64,000 bases of DNA. Origin: a virus. Shown here in pieces: positions 1-11,557 of this stretch (its first letter is position 1; every line of letters starts with the position of its first letter). A program made the position numbers and the translations under genes. The stretch lies in IMG/VR virus record IMGVR_UViG_3300020165_002937, one strand, 5' to 3'. Under the pieces are notes generated by a model, which saw nothing but the letters and a program-made list of their open reading frames with translations, did no database searches and had not been told where the DNA came from.

Positions 1-354
1 TTCAAGGTCAAACAAAAAGCTGAAGATAACTACTACAACAAGGTCCAAGACCAAGCCGGAGCTAGCGCCGGCGAAGCGATCTTTGATGATCTGAAAACGA
101 AAGAGGGATATAATTTAGGCTATAACTGGCCGTATGATTACGTTTCAATTGTCGAAATGATCAAAATGGATGTAGAGATAATGCTTCAATCAAAAAGCAG
201 CAGGCCCGGCGATACAATAGCTCCAAGCCCCGCCGATGCGCTGGCATCAGCAATCTCCGGCCTCGTGTCGACCACTTTGGCTACCGCCACCACTCCAACG
301 CCTATGGCGACACCCGGGATGACCGGAATACCAACAGCGACTACTGGATACTAA
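1..354 (+). CDS. 3' end of a large virion/baseplate structural protein (partial, starts before window)
   Basis: Frame 1 is open from base 1 (FKVKQKAEDNYY...YNWPYDYVSIVEMIK...) to TAA at 352-354. It has a Thr/Pro/Gly-rich tail and sits in a structural gene context. Confidence 0.6.
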   Translation, partial: FKVKQKAEDNYYNKVQDQAGASAGEAIFDDLKTKEGYNLGYNWPYDYVSIVEMIKMDVEIMLQSKSSRPGDTIAPSPADALASAISGLVSTTLATATTPTPMATPGMTGIPTATTGY

Positions 355-369
355 CAAATTGTATTTGAG

Positions 370-377
370 TCTATTTA
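370..377 (+). promoter_or_regulatory. putative late promoter motif (TCTATTTA)
   Basis: Matches the recurrent (A)CTATTTA motif; intergenic, 15 bp upstream of ATG 393. Confidence 0.55.
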
Positions 378-392
378 TAACAGAGTTAAAAA

Positions 393-1979
393 ATGGCAAA
401 ATTTTTAAATAAGAAAGAACAAGTTTATGATCTCCAGCTTACAAGCTATGGACATTATTTATTGTCTATAGGTTCTTTCAAACCAAAATATTATACTTTT
501 TTAGACGATAATATTCTTTATGACAAAAGGTATGCCGAAGTATATTACAGGAATGATTCTCCAACAACAACCACAGAATCTTCTTTAAGTAATACCTCGG
601 TAGTCGGAGAACAGCAGAATGAAATACACAAAAGAATTAAGCAAGAAACACAGTACCTTGAAACAATTACTCATTTCGATGACGTGGAAAGAGCAAAAGG
701 TTCCACGGCCCCCGGCGACCCGACCAGTGACTTTACAGATACTGATCTGGCCGGCTTGACTGAAAACGGCAATGATCGTTGGTTCGCCATAGATGTTTTG
801 CCAACCAAAATATATCCAGCAGTCGACAGATTTAGATTAAATTCTGTTATTGGTGACGCACGCTTTGAAGGCGCCTCAGAGGCTTTACCAGCTTGGAAAA
901 TAGCCATGCTTGGCGGAGAAATACTAAGTTCCTCGTATAATAATCCACAAACAGATGAAACAATACCACAAGTGAATGTTGCTTTAAACTACACTAAAAA
1001 GACACAAGACTATACTACGCTTATCGATCCAAAAAACATCCAATCATTAAAATCGACAATAGGCACATTTATCGATCAAAAGCAAATAGTTTTAGACCGT
1101 CAAGACGGGGTTATTTATATTGAAGAAGTAAATACCGAATTGTTGAATGACAATTTTGAAATTGAAGTTTTTGAAGAAATTCAAAAAGTTGGGGCTACCA
1201 ACGCATCAATGATTATTTTACCAGTTAGCTCTACTGCATCGGATTATGATGAATTTATATTAGAGTTAACTGATGGAAACGGCAGTCTCGCGAGGATAAG
1301 CTTTGATTCATCCAGGCCCGGCCTGGCGGATATTCTTGGATCCAGTAGCAGCGATCTACCGCCGTATACTATAGCCATTAGAGTTAATACCGCGTCAATG
1401 GCTTCGAAGAGTGGCTCGAAGGCTAAAGAAGAGTTAGTAGAGCTTATCGAAAAAGCTTTTCAAAATGCGATAAAAGACTTTCTCGCAATATCAGCCGAAG
1501 GTCGTTCAGGCAAGCGCTTAGTCCTAAAGCAGCTTGTAAAAGGCGCCGCGGGAAACACTATTATTAGAAATGGGGCCGATGCCCGATTAGCTTCGAGGTC
1601 GGATTCATTGTTCGAATTTAAATCATCCCCATCGGCGGCTTTCAGTCAAAGCATTTTTGTTAACGGCAGAGATATACCACAAGTATGGGAAAGAAAGTAT
1701 TTTGAAAATAAAATCGAACAGATAGTAGATGGGTATATGATACACGACACCCCCCAAGAAAGATATAATAAAAATTATACTTCTGGCGCAGTAGAATATT
1801 ATTTTGATATACTGACTGACGAGCAAATCGATCCCACGTTAGCTTGTAAAGGTAATGAATTGTTTAATAAATCCTCGTATTATATCGACATTGATTTTGA
1901 ATGCGCTGAGGAAGACGATAGTATTACATTTTATGATATCTATGGAAAAGTTACGGAGCCTGAAATATGTCTGGATTAG
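393..1979 (+). CDS. virion structural protein (baseplate wedge/fibre-attachment type)
   Basis: 528 aa. N-terminus (FLNKKEQVYDLQLTSYGHYLLSIGSFKPKYYTFLDDNILYD) is paralogous to that of 11583..12575. Confidence 0.55.
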   Translation: MAKFLNKKEQVYDLQLTSYGHYLLSIGSFKPKYYTFLDDNILYDKRYAEVYYRNDSPTTTTESSLSNTSVVGEQQNEIHKRIKQETQYLETITHFDDVERAKGSTAPGDPTSDFTDTDLAGLTENGNDRWFAIDVLPTKIYPAVDRFRLNSVIGDARFEGASEALPAWKIAMLGGEILSSSYNNPQTDETIPQVNVALNYTKKTQDYTTLIDPKNIQSLKSTIGTFIDQKQIVLDRQDGVIYIEEVNTELLNDNFEIEVFEEIQKVGATNASMIILPVSSTASDYDEFILELTDGNGSLARISFDSSRPGLADILGSSSSDLPPYTIAIRVNTASMASKSGSKAKEELVELIEKAFQNAIKDFLAISAEGRSGKRLVLKQLVKGAAGNTIIRNGADARLASRSDSLFEFKSSPSAAFSQSIFVNGRDIPQVWERKYFENKIEQIVDGYMIHDTPQERYNKNYTSGAVEYYFDILTDEQIDPTLACKGNELFNKSSYYIDIDFECAEEDDSITFYDIYGKVTEPEICLD

Positions 1980-4900
1980 TTTATAGAGGAGATACAATTG
2001 ATAATTTTGGAGAGCTACTGCCGTGCCCGTACATTGAAAAAGTATGGGTCCAGGAAAAGGGTTGGGTTGTCCAATTATCACTAATGATAAATACGTTATC
2101 AGCCGATCCGGATATCGACTTAATTGAAAATAATTTGCGCGCTTTAACGTATTATACATGTCCGGTTTGGGACGAGCCATCACACCGCATATTAAATAAT
2201 TACAAAAATGATGATATTTTTAGGCTTTTACCAATATTGGAAAAAGAGGCTATGCCCGTTCCAATAAACAATTCAGTGCTCAATGACGAATTTACATTTA
2301 CTTCGCGTACTTATCGCTTTGAAGACTTCCAAAAGCTTCCGGGCCCATTTTGGGATGATAGTGGAAACTTAATACTTAAATATACTGTGCCATATGATGA
2401 AAGTGAAATTTTTAGTGATTCCTACACTGGTGTACCAGCAACAGGGGCCGACTGGGATGATAGTAGCTCTGTGTCGGAAACAGATGATGGGAGATTAGCG
2501 GTTGTCAGTAAAAAGTTTGGTCCATTCCGACAAGCGCTTCCGAGTCTAGAGCAAAATTTAAAAAATGATGGATTCAGGTATGATAGCTTTAAACTGATTG
2601 CTTGGTCATCGCCAATTTATATAAATGCAGTTGAGTTAGCTGCACCGACGTCGTACGGCGAAGACTCAACGGTTCCTGGCAGCGTTATATATAGAAAATA
2701 TAATGCAGACACCGGAGTAATTGACGAGTTGCCCGTATCAAGAACGAAACCTGCCCATTACGTACAATTTCCAACCCGCTGTGGTTTCTCACCAGAGATG
2801 ATTTCTGGAGACATGAGAATTCCGACTGGTGTTTCCAGAGTGGATCTATATGGTACCACAGGTGGTGGCCTCAGCGAACGTATGGAATCATCGCGTGATG
2901 CTGACTTTTACGATATATCCGGAACTAGAATAGCGGAGTCGGGAGATTTGCTTGATAGGGGTGGCGCCGTATATACCGATGTATTCGGCGCAGTTACTAC
3001 CTCCCTCGCCGCCCGCCGAGCAAGCTTAAGACAACTGGTGGCGTTTCAAGAAGATACTGTGCTCGGCTACATGCCGCTTGAGTTAGATGATTATGTAACC
3101 GAAATGATGGAAGATTATACAGCAACTTATGACAGCAAAAACAATATGGGCGAAAAATGTATTGAACAATTTTCTGATTTTTATAACGAACTGACTCCGA
3201 TATACGATTACGATCCGGATAACTACAAAGATGAAAAGTTGCACTTAATAACTGATTTGTCTGCTGTGTTAGGCACGCAAAGTACAAAGGCCTCCAAAGT
3301 TCGAGTAGCTCCAGCAATTATAAAAAAAGCCTACACTTTTGATAATTTGCCCCCAGTGCTAGTTAATCAGTTTATTAGTGATATTGCTGTTGAAGATGTT
3401 TTTGTAAATGGGAATATAACAACTTCAGAACACCAAGTATATGTTCGAGAAGATGGTTCTATATGCTCAGCTCAACCAATTCAAAGCTTGGATGGCAATT
3501 TGTACGCGCCTGATGATGTTAGCCTCACAAACATTGTAGATGATATCAAAGCTTTGGTAGACTCGTACGAAGAAGCAGCAAAAAAAGATAGAGACCTGGC
3601 GGAAATAATAGCGCAAACATCAACATTATTACAAACCTATGGAGCGGATCAGTCCTTCCTGCCACATATGAATCGTCTGCGTCATACTTGGCCAGATAAA
3701 TCAACTTCCACTAGGGTCGGGCGCCTCTACGAAAGATTAAAAAGGCGTTTGTACAACGCAAACGTAACTGTACGTAATCAAGGCGCGAAATCAAAACTAT
3801 CTAGAAGATTCGTAGCAAACAACAAAGTCGTCAACTCAGTAGGCGCTGATTTTACGGATATTGGATATTTAAGCACGATCACTACACCCGGCAATACTGG
3901 CTACATAGCCGATAATCCCTATATCTTTAACAAGACCGGCCGCACTACCGCTGAAAACTTTCCTGAAGTTTTGATGACTCGGGCTTGGGTTGAAGGCTCT
4001 GGCACGGTAGATAATTTTATCCGCGCCTCTGGCTATTGGTTTTTTGATTTTGAAAAAGCCCTCCGGAATGAATCAGCAATTGCCCAAGTGCTCAACATTG
4101 ACAAGCTGTACAAATATTTTGGACGCCAGTTGGTGCATGCACAATTTAAATTTAAAAAAGTCAGAATGGATAGGCGATTTATCAACGAAGGCTTTTTTTC
4201 AGAAGATACTATGACGACCGTGGACCAGAGAGATGATTCAAAGTTATTAAAAAGATTTAATTTAAAATTTGATACAGGCACCAGTGTAGAAACCCCCACA
4301 GTAGATGAACTCGTTCAAACAACTAACAATGCATCAGGCTATAGTGACACCGGATACGAAAGTGTGAGAATTATGAAGCAAGTTGGAGTTGATGGGACCC
4401 CATATGAAGCTAGCGATTTGTCATATCTCACTTTGCGAGCCCTTGGCGGTCCTGTATCTGCAGCCGGCGCCATAGCTGATAACCTCTATAGAATCGCTGC
4501 ATTTGAATTTCAGGATTATTACAACATGGAAAGCTTAGTATTTCAGCCAGATCCTGATTTTTCAGATGTAAGAGAGTTTTATAGAATCGAAGTCACCATC
4601 AATGATGAAACTATGGAGGTATACAACTCTGTAAGATATCAGATGAAGGAAACAAAAGATGATCTATGGAATTATCTGCAAGCTGCACGAGAAGCCTGTT
4701 CCTACAATAATTGGGAATTCGTGTTTAATGATTTCTTCTCAAATGGAATGGATGCGTTATACGCTGGAAATCCCCAGTCTGCTCCGTGGATCAGGGCGCC
4801 TTTGGTCTATGAAATACAAAGAGACTTATTAGGAAATTCTCATGCCGGAGACGTAGACAGACTTATGGCAACTGCCAAAAAGCATGCGAACAACATAAAC

Positions 4901-6562
4901 CCTTACAATGGCAACTTACCAGATCTGGAAGCTTTTTGGCTTGACTTCCGCACCTTGTGGGGCGAGATGTATGATGCGCCAAATTTCAATGGCACTGAGA
5001 CTGCTCCCACTGAAGGTGGCGCTTGGATAGGCTCAATTTTTGATACCGATAACGATGCAATAGAAGCCGGAGGATTTTCAACTGATAAACCAAAAGACAT
5101 CCAAGCCAGATATGGCCGAAATCGAGATTTAGTATTTGGAACAGATATTTCAGAATTGCCAAAAATAGAAAACATGGATTTCGATCCAGACGGTACCGGT
5201 ATCGATGACATATTAGGTTGGGTTAGAATGGATCTAGCAGAATACTTTGAATTAATTCACCGGGAAGCCGGCATCTTCGACGGCGTCACCGGGTTTACGG
5301 ATTGGTCGGTATTGAAGGCCGGTGATCTAATGCCCGGAATTATTTGGCGCGCCGCAGGCGCCGCAGAACAGACCTTCGCCCCGGCCGGAAGTTCAGAAAC
5401 GGTTTGGCAATATCTCGGAAAGCTTCAAATTTCGGACGTTCCGGATTACGTATTAAGGAATCTGATTCGAGCTTCGGGCACCGGCAACGATATTCGAACT
5501 TCAGCCGGATACGATAATTATTGTTTAGGAGATCTGTGGGTAATGTCAATAATTTCTTTGGCAGAGTTGGGAATGAACGTAGATGATGCAGTTCAATTAG
5601 TTGTTTACGATTACCCTAGTTTAGCTGAACTAGAGACGTACCGCGAACGGGATGGTACTGATGACGGCTATATCTACGAAGACACCGGTGGGGAGCGCCG
5701 GGTTATTGGGCTAGCACCCGTCTGGCAGAGTTACAAGTGGTCTTTAATCGATGAGGCTTATGGGGGCATCTTGGATAGAGCTTCTGATGGCGGCGCTAAA
5801 TTGTTAAGAGCGCTAAACTCTCCGGAACAGATGGTCCGCGGCAAGGCAATTCTGAATATGGCGAAACTATATAACATGTCACAAAACTATATGGTAAATG
5901 ACGATAGCACGCTTATGGATGTCGATGCAAGAATAGCTGAAGCAGGCACCACTGGCGGCGGCGGCTACGTCGCCTCCTCCGTTTACGATCGCATTCAAGA
6001 ACAAACCGGCCAGGATATTCAAATTATAAGCGTGTCACCCGCCGATGCCGACAGCGCCGTCGCGATCGATGGCAAATACTATCAATTCAGTCAGCGTTCT
6101 TGGTGGGATTGGAGAGATAGGATTCAAGCTACGTACGACAATACGTCAGGCACTGCTGAAGCAGAAGGCCTCTTAATGTCGCGTCTGATTGGCAGAACAC
6201 CAGCCCAGGTTGCGTATTATGCCGCGGCCATACGACACATCTATGCAAACTATAGTTTTGGAGGAGGATTTTCGGATGCTGGATCCAGAAACAGACTGAT
6301 AATCACCAACACTCGCGGCGGAACTCCAGCCACGGCGGCAGAGCTGGGTCTAGAAGTTGAAGGATTCAGGGGTATGGAGTCTCTGGTATATGCAACCAAT
6401 GCCCTAGCCGGCTCCGTATTTGACGAAACATACGAATCTGAAGGAGCAGAAGTTACTAGTGCCGATGTTGTCTACCAAGGCTTAAGCCAATTTGACGGTG
6501 TATCTTACTTAGAGCTTATCGCACAAACTGGTGGGGAGTATGATCCAACAACAGGATCTTAA
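1967..6562 (+). CDS. large hypothetical virion protein
   Basis: 1531-aa acidic ORF overlapping the upstream gene inside the structural cluster; no recognised family motif. Confidence 0.6.
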   Translation: MSGLVYRGDTIDNFGELLPCPYIEKVWVQEKGWVVQLSLMINTLSADPDIDLIENNLRALTYYTCPVWDEPSHRILNNYKNDDIFRLLPILEKEAMPVPINNSVLNDEFTFTSRTYRFEDFQKLPGPFWDDSGNLILKYTVPYDESEIFSDSYTGVPATGADWDDSSSVSETDDGRLAVVSKKFGPFRQALPSLEQNLKNDGFRYDSFKLIAWSSPIYINAVELAAPTSYGEDSTVPGSVIYRKYNADTGVIDELPVSRTKPAHYVQFPTRCGFSPEMISGDMRIPTGVSRVDLYGTTGGGLSERMESSRDADFYDISGTRIAESGDLLDRGGAVYTDVFGAVTTSLAARRASLRQLVAFQEDTVLGYMPLELDDYVTEMMEDYTATYDSKNNMGEKCIEQFSDFYNELTPIYDYDPDNYKDEKLHLITDLSAVLGTQSTKASKVRVAPAIIKKAYTFDNLPPVLVNQFISDIAVEDVFVNGNITTSEHQVYVREDGSICSAQPIQSLDGNLYAPDDVSLTNIVDDIKALVDSYEEAAKKDRDLAEIIAQTSTLLQTYGADQSFLPHMNRLRHTWPDKSTSTRVGRLYERLKRRLYNANVTVRNQGAKSKLSRRFVANNKVVNSVGADFTDIGYLSTITTPGNTGYIADNPYIFNKTGRTTAENFPEVLMTRAWVEGSGTVDNFIRASGYWFFDFEKALRNESAIAQVLNIDKLYKYFGRQLVHAQFKFKKVRMDRRFINEGFFSEDTMTTVDQRDDSKLLKRFNLKFDTGTSVETPTVDELVQTTNNASGYSDTGYESVRIMKQVGVDGTPYEASDLSYLTLRALGGPVSAAGAIADNLYRIAAFEFQDYYNMESLVFQPDPDFSDVREFYRIEVTINDETMEVYNSVRYQMKETKDDLWNYLQAAREACSYNNWEFVFNDFFSNGMDALYAGNPQSAPWIRAPLVYEIQRDLLGNSHAGDVDRLMATAKKHANNINPYNGNLPDLEAFWLDFRTLWGEMYDAPNFNGTETAPTEGGAWIGSIFDTDNDAIEAGGFSTDKPKDIQARYGRNRDLVFGTDISELPKIENMDFDPDGTGIDDILGWVRMDLAEYFELIHREAGIFDGVTGFTDWSVLKAGDLMPGIIWRAAGAAEQTFAPAGSSETVWQYLGKLQISDVPDYVLRNLIRASGTGNDIRTSAGYDNYCLGDLWVMSIISLAELGMNVDDAVQLVVYDYPSLAELETYRERDGTDDGYIYEDTGGERRVIGLAPVWQSYKWSLIDEAYGGILDRASDGGAKLLRALNSPEQMVRGKAILNMAKLYNMSQNYMVNDDSTLMDVDARIAEAGTTGGGGYVASSVYDRIQEQTGQDIQIISVSPADADSAVAIDGKYYQFSQRSWWDWRDRIQATYDNTSGTAEAEGLLMSRLIGRTPAQVAYYAAAIRHIYANYSFGGGFSDAGSRNRLIITNTRGGTPATAAELGLEVEGFRGMESLVYATNALAGSVFDETYESEGAEVTSADVVYQGLSQFDGVSYLELIAQTGGEYDPTTGS

Positions 6563-6600
6563 TTCTACGCAACAAATCATTTTAAAGGAATATATAGGAT

Positions 6601-7152
6601 ATGCAAAAATATAAAAAATCTGATCTCGTCGACGGCCGGACCAGAGCAAAAATCTTAAGAAGAAACATTAAACGCTCCAATTCAACTATCATTGGCGGCA
6701 TCCAGACTGACCTTGGCAATTCTAATGGCCTAACATCCATTCTACGTTCTTACAAGAAAATAAGAACAGCTACAAGCGGAGATACTGATCCAAAATTTGC
6801 AGTGAACAACATCAATCGAATATCCGAAGTTATGTTGAATGAAATGGGGTGTTCGATAGTCAATATTCCAACAAGCTATTCGCTTTTACAAGATCAAACT
6901 GATAAAGAACCACTGACTAACCCGAATATACAGGACCCACAACTTTCTATTGCAAAGGCAGAAAAAATATCACCGACTATTCAATATGGAGAAGGTGACC
7001 CATTTTATGTTCATGATGATCAGATCTCAAGATATAAAAGCTATTCTAGCCCAGTGCCTTCTGTAGTTCGCACACCAACTTTGGCTGAACTTTCTAGTCT
7101 GGTAACCGGAATGTCTACATCGAGATCTCGCTCAAGCTCGAAATATATTTAA
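6601..7152 (+). CDS. hypothetical protein
   Basis: 183-aa ORF, co-oriented and tightly packed, with AGGA upstream. Confidence 0.6.
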   Translation: MQKYKKSDLVDGRTRAKILRRNIKRSNSTIIGGIQTDLGNSNGLTSILRSYKKIRTATSGDTDPKFAVNNINRISEVMLNEMGCSIVNIPTSYSLLQDQTDKEPLTNPNIQDPQLSIAKAEKISPTIQYGEGDPFYVHDDQISRYKSYSSPVPSVVRTPTLAELSSLVTGMSTSRSRSSSKYI

Positions 7153-7184
7153 AATGCAACTTATAATTTTAGGAAATATAAATA

Positions 7185-8714
7185 ATGTCTACTGATGGAA
7201 ATCCAATTGCAACAGCCTGTGAAGTAAACTCTGGCACGTTTGCTTCATTTTCGGATCACCCAGCATCTGCATGCAATTCGGGTAACTTTTGGCCAATAGA
7301 AAAATGCCAAACGAGCCCGAACACACTGTCAGCCGCTGGTACCAGCGGCTTAATCGCAGCTACGACAGGCCATGGCCGGCATGACCTGATGGGCAACACG
7401 TTTTTGCGATTTGAAAATTTGTTTGAATTCCTAGGCGCCTCAGATGCGAGCGATGCCTTCGGGAAGGTGATGATGCCCCCGTCCGGCGATGTTGTCTCGC
7501 CCGGAGTCAGGAGCTTTGTACGCGACATCTTTGCAGCGGCCAGGACCGCAACCGGCGGACTCACCATTCCAGACTATTTCTTTCACATGGACCTGACAAT
7601 CGGATCCGGGTACACGGAAGGCTCTGAGTTTGGTTCTTGGATGTGGAACCCGTATATAAACATGTGGGTCATGGAGAATACCGATCTAAGTCCTCGTCGC
7701 TCGTTTTACTGTGATGTTGACGGCGATGGCTACTCTGATACCGGTACTGGTGCAACGGAACGGGCGATGACCGAAGAAGAAGCTGAAGTGTTGGCAGAAA
7801 TTTTAGAAACTTACGATCCTACATATCGAGCGGTCCATGGTATTTCAGACATGTCATCTGGTGTAAGAACAACCACTCACACTATTGGTGAAAAGAACGG
7901 CCAACCCTATGTGGAACAAATGAAACATAGGTTTACCACCAATGCTTCGCTCATAGCAAAGTTGCAGCCTAATTTTATGTCTATCACAAGAGAGCCTTAC
8001 GAGACTGAAGGCGGAGATGATTTTTGGCTATACGGCTCAATTTCTGATTTTATAGCGCCCACAGTATCTACAACTAACACTGATTTTAGTTATACATATC
8101 GAGGAGACGCAGCCGCAGCCATTGGAGTAGATGCCGGCCGAACTTTCCAAGGTAAAAAATTCAGCGTCTCTTATAGTGAACAAGAAGCTGCAGGTCTCCG
8201 ATATCTTTTTGGATTTCCAGCAGAATATACAGGAAACCAGCGCCGCTTTAACTATATAAACGATAAAATAGACGCGCTTGGCGAAGACTTGTTAGTTTCT
8301 AATTTAATCTATTCATTTACATATAATAGAAAAAGAACCCCAATACTCGAAAGAAATTCTTTTGAGGCTTTCCCCGCACAAATAAGTTCTGAAAACTTAA
8401 AAATCAACACTATTGCTGCCTCTTCGATTACGCCTGACGATGCGTCAGCAGATACTATGATTTCAGCATTGGCCACAGCCCTCACTCGCTTGCGACCGGG
8501 CGATGATTATTCTGGGCTAGCAGACACTGGCCGTAGAGGTGAGGGCATAGTTGCCATCGGCGGCGGCGGTACGGTGGAAGGCTCATCTAGAGGTGAGTAC
8601 GCTGCGCCACCTGCAGGTACTACTGCCACCGCCGATGGTGGCGGCCCGGGTACCGGCGGCGGCACCGGTGGAATGAGTAGCGACGGCGATGGCGGTGGAG
8701 GGGATAGCTACTGA
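7185..8714 (+). CDS. hypothetical (probable virion) protein with Gly-rich C-terminal tail
   Basis: 509-aa ORF ending ...GDGGGGDSY; TGATG stop/start overlap with the next gene. Confidence 0.6.
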   Translation: MSTDGNPIATACEVNSGTFASFSDHPASACNSGNFWPIEKCQTSPNTLSAAGTSGLIAATTGHGRHDLMGNTFLRFENLFEFLGASDASDAFGKVMMPPSGDVVSPGVRSFVRDIFAAARTATGGLTIPDYFFHMDLTIGSGYTEGSEFGSWMWNPYINMWVMENTDLSPRRSFYCDVDGDGYSDTGTGATERAMTEEEAEVLAEILETYDPTYRAVHGISDMSSGVRTTTHTIGEKNGQPYVEQMKHRFTTNASLIAKLQPNFMSITREPYETEGGDDFWLYGSISDFIAPTVSTTNTDFSYTYRGDAAAAIGVDAGRTFQGKKFSVSYSEQEAAGLRYLFGFPAEYTGNQRRFNYINDKIDALGEDLLVSNLIYSFTYNRKRTPILERNSFEAFPAQISSENLKINTIAASSITPDDASADTMISALATALTRLRPGDDYSGLADTGRRGEGIVAIGGGGTVEGSSRGEYAAPPAGTTATADGGGPGTGGGTGGMSSDGDGGGGDSY

Positions 8715-11545
8715 TGTCTAAGAAAATAACAATATCATTTAGAGACACAAATTTATTTTCGGGATCTTCCGACACCTTGCGTACATCTCTAGGCGGCGGA
8801 TATTATGATGTGGCAACAACTGATAGCGGCCAAACCGTTAATTTTGTTGATATCAACCCCCCAACCGTGCCCGGTACTACCAGCGATGACTATATCGTCT
8901 ACAAGCGCCGTGACGTCGACGAATCAAGCGCCTTTAAGCATGTCCAAATGAGAAAAGCATATGCCGATGTACCAATCATTGTCCCAATAAGAGAGGATAT
9001 CGTATCATATAATCGAAAGTACCCAATTAGGCTGGCGGGCAATTCAAACAAGATACAAGATGATACACAGTGGCGTTCTCTGCTAATCGGTGGAGTACAC
9101 AAAGGTGTAGCTTACCCGGGTATATTTACAGAAAAAGAATTTGCAGATTATGCTTTTACTTACGAAGCACCTTATTCAAGAAGATCAGCCAAACTGATTT
9201 CAACTGAAGACATTGACCAAATTATAGATATAAACTATAAATATAAATTTTATTTGCCACTGTATGAAAATTTTATAAGTACGAAAAGCGAACTATTAAT
9301 TCCCAATGGCTATATGATGAGCACTTTTAGCGATTCTGATGACGAGACCACAACTTTTGAACACGACACTGATGAATATCCCGCTGGTGTAGAAAATTAT
9401 GTATGGGATTTTATAACGCTCGAAAGAAAAATAGATCCGAATCCGCTTTTAGATACGACTTATTCGGATGATCCAACAAAAGGCGGCTCCTTCACACCTT
9501 ATACGGATGATTCAGGGGAATTTTTTGAAAACCCGTCAGAGCTGGAACTACCTTCTAAAAATTTAAATGAATACCTGACGTCTTCGTTGTTGACAAACCG
9601 TTTGTCATCCGAGACCGAAGGTCAGATAACTTATGCACTACAAAATATATTTTTTGATGAGAAGGCAAACGAAAGGTACATAAAAAGTAACCCTTTTCCA
9701 AGAGGGAACAAATTTCCTTTTTATGTGGAGATTAGCTTTCCTACTGATAATGGCCGCAACACCATTGTTACCAAAGCCGATCGAATGAGCGATCCCGAAA
9801 TGTTAACAACGTTTGATGCCGGCACCAATCCCGAGCAGAGAAAAAAAGCGCTCCCTTTGACTGAGACAATAATCAACGGAGACTTTTCTAGGAAATTTCT
9901 AAAAGTCTTAAAAGAAACTTTTGTGGATAATGTCCCAGAAGTTCCAATCTATAATCACGAATTTATAAAAACTACTGAATATTTTAGTGGCTCCGCTAGC
10001 AATGTTGACACCTTGCTTGAACAATCAGCAAATTCTTATTTAAGGTGCTGTGAATTTTCAGATTTAATGTTGTATGCGTACAGAGATTATACTTCTTTCA
10101 ACAACAATTTATATTTTGTGGGAGACAAGACTAAACTAAACGATGTTGTAAAAGACGGACTGGGAGTGTATAGATATCTAAACACTGACAATTCATTGTT
10201 GTTATTAAAAAAATATCTTCATACGCTCAGAGAAGATTATACTGAGCGCACCGGAACAGACCTGATAGACTATGTTAACTTTTGTAATAGCGCACAAGAC
10301 CCAAAGAGCAACGAAACAATAGCCTATCGAATACAAAAAATAGCTTCCAATCCGGCAGCAGCCGATGCATCTCGCGCCGCATTACAAAACTTCTTTTTTA
10401 TTAATTCAAAGGAACTTGATACACAATTCGGCGGCCGCGGAATCCATTTTACTGACACGCAAGTAAAATACGGCGAGGACTATACTTATATAGTCTATGC
10501 GTATGTGGCAGTGACTGGGTATCGCTACAAAGTAGATAATTTAAAAATATCAAGAATAATTGGCACTACGTTAACCGATGAAGGTGAGCATGACAGATAT
10601 TGTATTGAGTTTTTCGATCCTCTAAGCAATGAGGCGAAAGGAAGCGATTTTCAAATTAATGATGATATGGGCAACGAATTTAGAACGAGCGCCCAGATTA
10701 AAGACTATAACCAGTTTCTTGCAGACTGTAGTTTTAACGTACAGCCTTCAGTGCGAATTAAAGAAATTCCTATTTTTGCTAAAAAAATAAGAGTGCAAGA
10801 TAACCCAGCTACTATATTGGACGTCTCACCTTTTCAAGTAATGGACGATTCTCAAAGAATTGGCTTCTTTATAAATTACGAAACTCAGCTTGAATCAGCA
10901 TATCCAAAAATAATTTTAGAATCAGACGCACAACAAAAAGAATCATATTTATCTTCCAACGATCTTTTAGAGAATGAGGTCGTGACACCCGAGCCAATCT
11001 CAAGAATAAGATACTTTCAGGTATTTAGAACCGAAACACGTCCAACCTCGTATAGAGATTTTGCTGATAAACTTCACCAGACGGTAGATTTAAAAATAGA
11101 AAATACAAAACAAACCTACTCATCTGAGAATTTTTATGATAAGATTAAAACGAATCAAAAATATTATTATTTGTTTAGAGCGATTACAGAGCAAAACACC
11201 TTTGGCCATGTATCAGAAGTTTATGCTGCTGAATTAGTTGATGACGGTGGGTATAAGTATGCAGTATTTAACACCTTGTATGAAGAAGATTTATCAGAAG
11301 ATATATATATTAATACTTCAAAGAATATAAAGAAGTTGATACACATCCAACCCAATTTATCCCAAATCGCCCTAGATACTGAAAATATAGATTTTAACAA
11401 AGATGCATATTCACAATTAAGAAATTTAAATATTGGAACTGCGGAAAGTTTAATTTGGGGCAAGACCTTCAAGCTTAGGTTAACTTCCAAGAAAACTAGC
11501 AAAAAAATAGATTTGAACATTACTTATAACTTGAACAGTGAATAA
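8714..11545 (+). CDS. large hypothetical virion/baseplate protein
   Basis: 943-aa ORF, translationally coupled to the upstream gene, in the structural cluster. Confidence 0.6.
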   Translation: MSKKITISFRDTNLFSGSSDTLRTSLGGGYYDVATTDSGQTVNFVDINPPTVPGTTSDDYIVYKRRDVDESSAFKHVQMRKAYADVPIIVPIREDIVSYNRKYPIRLAGNSNKIQDDTQWRSLLIGGVHKGVAYPGIFTEKEFADYAFTYEAPYSRRSAKLISTEDIDQIIDINYKYKFYLPLYENFISTKSELLIPNGYMMSTFSDSDDETTTFEHDTDEYPAGVENYVWDFITLERKIDPNPLLDTTYSDDPTKGGSFTPYTDDSGEFFENPSELELPSKNLNEYLTSSLLTNRLSSETEGQITYALQNIFFDEKANERYIKSNPFPRGNKFPFYVEISFPTDNGRNTIVTKADRMSDPEMLTTFDAGTNPEQRKKALPLTETIINGDFSRKFLKVLKETFVDNVPEVPIYNHEFIKTTEYFSGSASNVDTLLEQSANSYLRCCEFSDLMLYAYRDYTSFNNNLYFVGDKTKLNDVVKDGLGVYRYLNTDNSLLLLKKYLHTLREDYTERTGTDLIDYVNFCNSAQDPKSNETIAYRIQKIASNPAAADASRAALQNFFFINSKELDTQFGGRGIHFTDTQVKYGEDYTYIVYAYVAVTGYRYKVDNLKISRIIGTTLTDEGEHDRYCIEFFDPLSNEAKGSDFQINDDMGNEFRTSAQIKDYNQFLADCSFNVQPSVRIKEIPIFAKKIRVQDNPATILDVSPFQVMDDSQRIGFFINYETQLESAYPKIILESDAQQKESYLSSNDLLENEVVTPEPISRIRYFQVFRTETRPTSYRDFADKLHQTVDLKIENTKQTYSSENFYDKIKTNQKYYYLFRAITEQNTFGHVSEVYAAELVDDGGYKYAVFNTLYEEDLSEDIYINTSKNIKKLIHIQPNLSQIALDTENIDFNKDAYSQLRNLNIGTAESLIWGKTFKLRLTSKKTSKKIDLNITYNLNSE

Positions 11546-11557
11546 ACAAAAAATATA

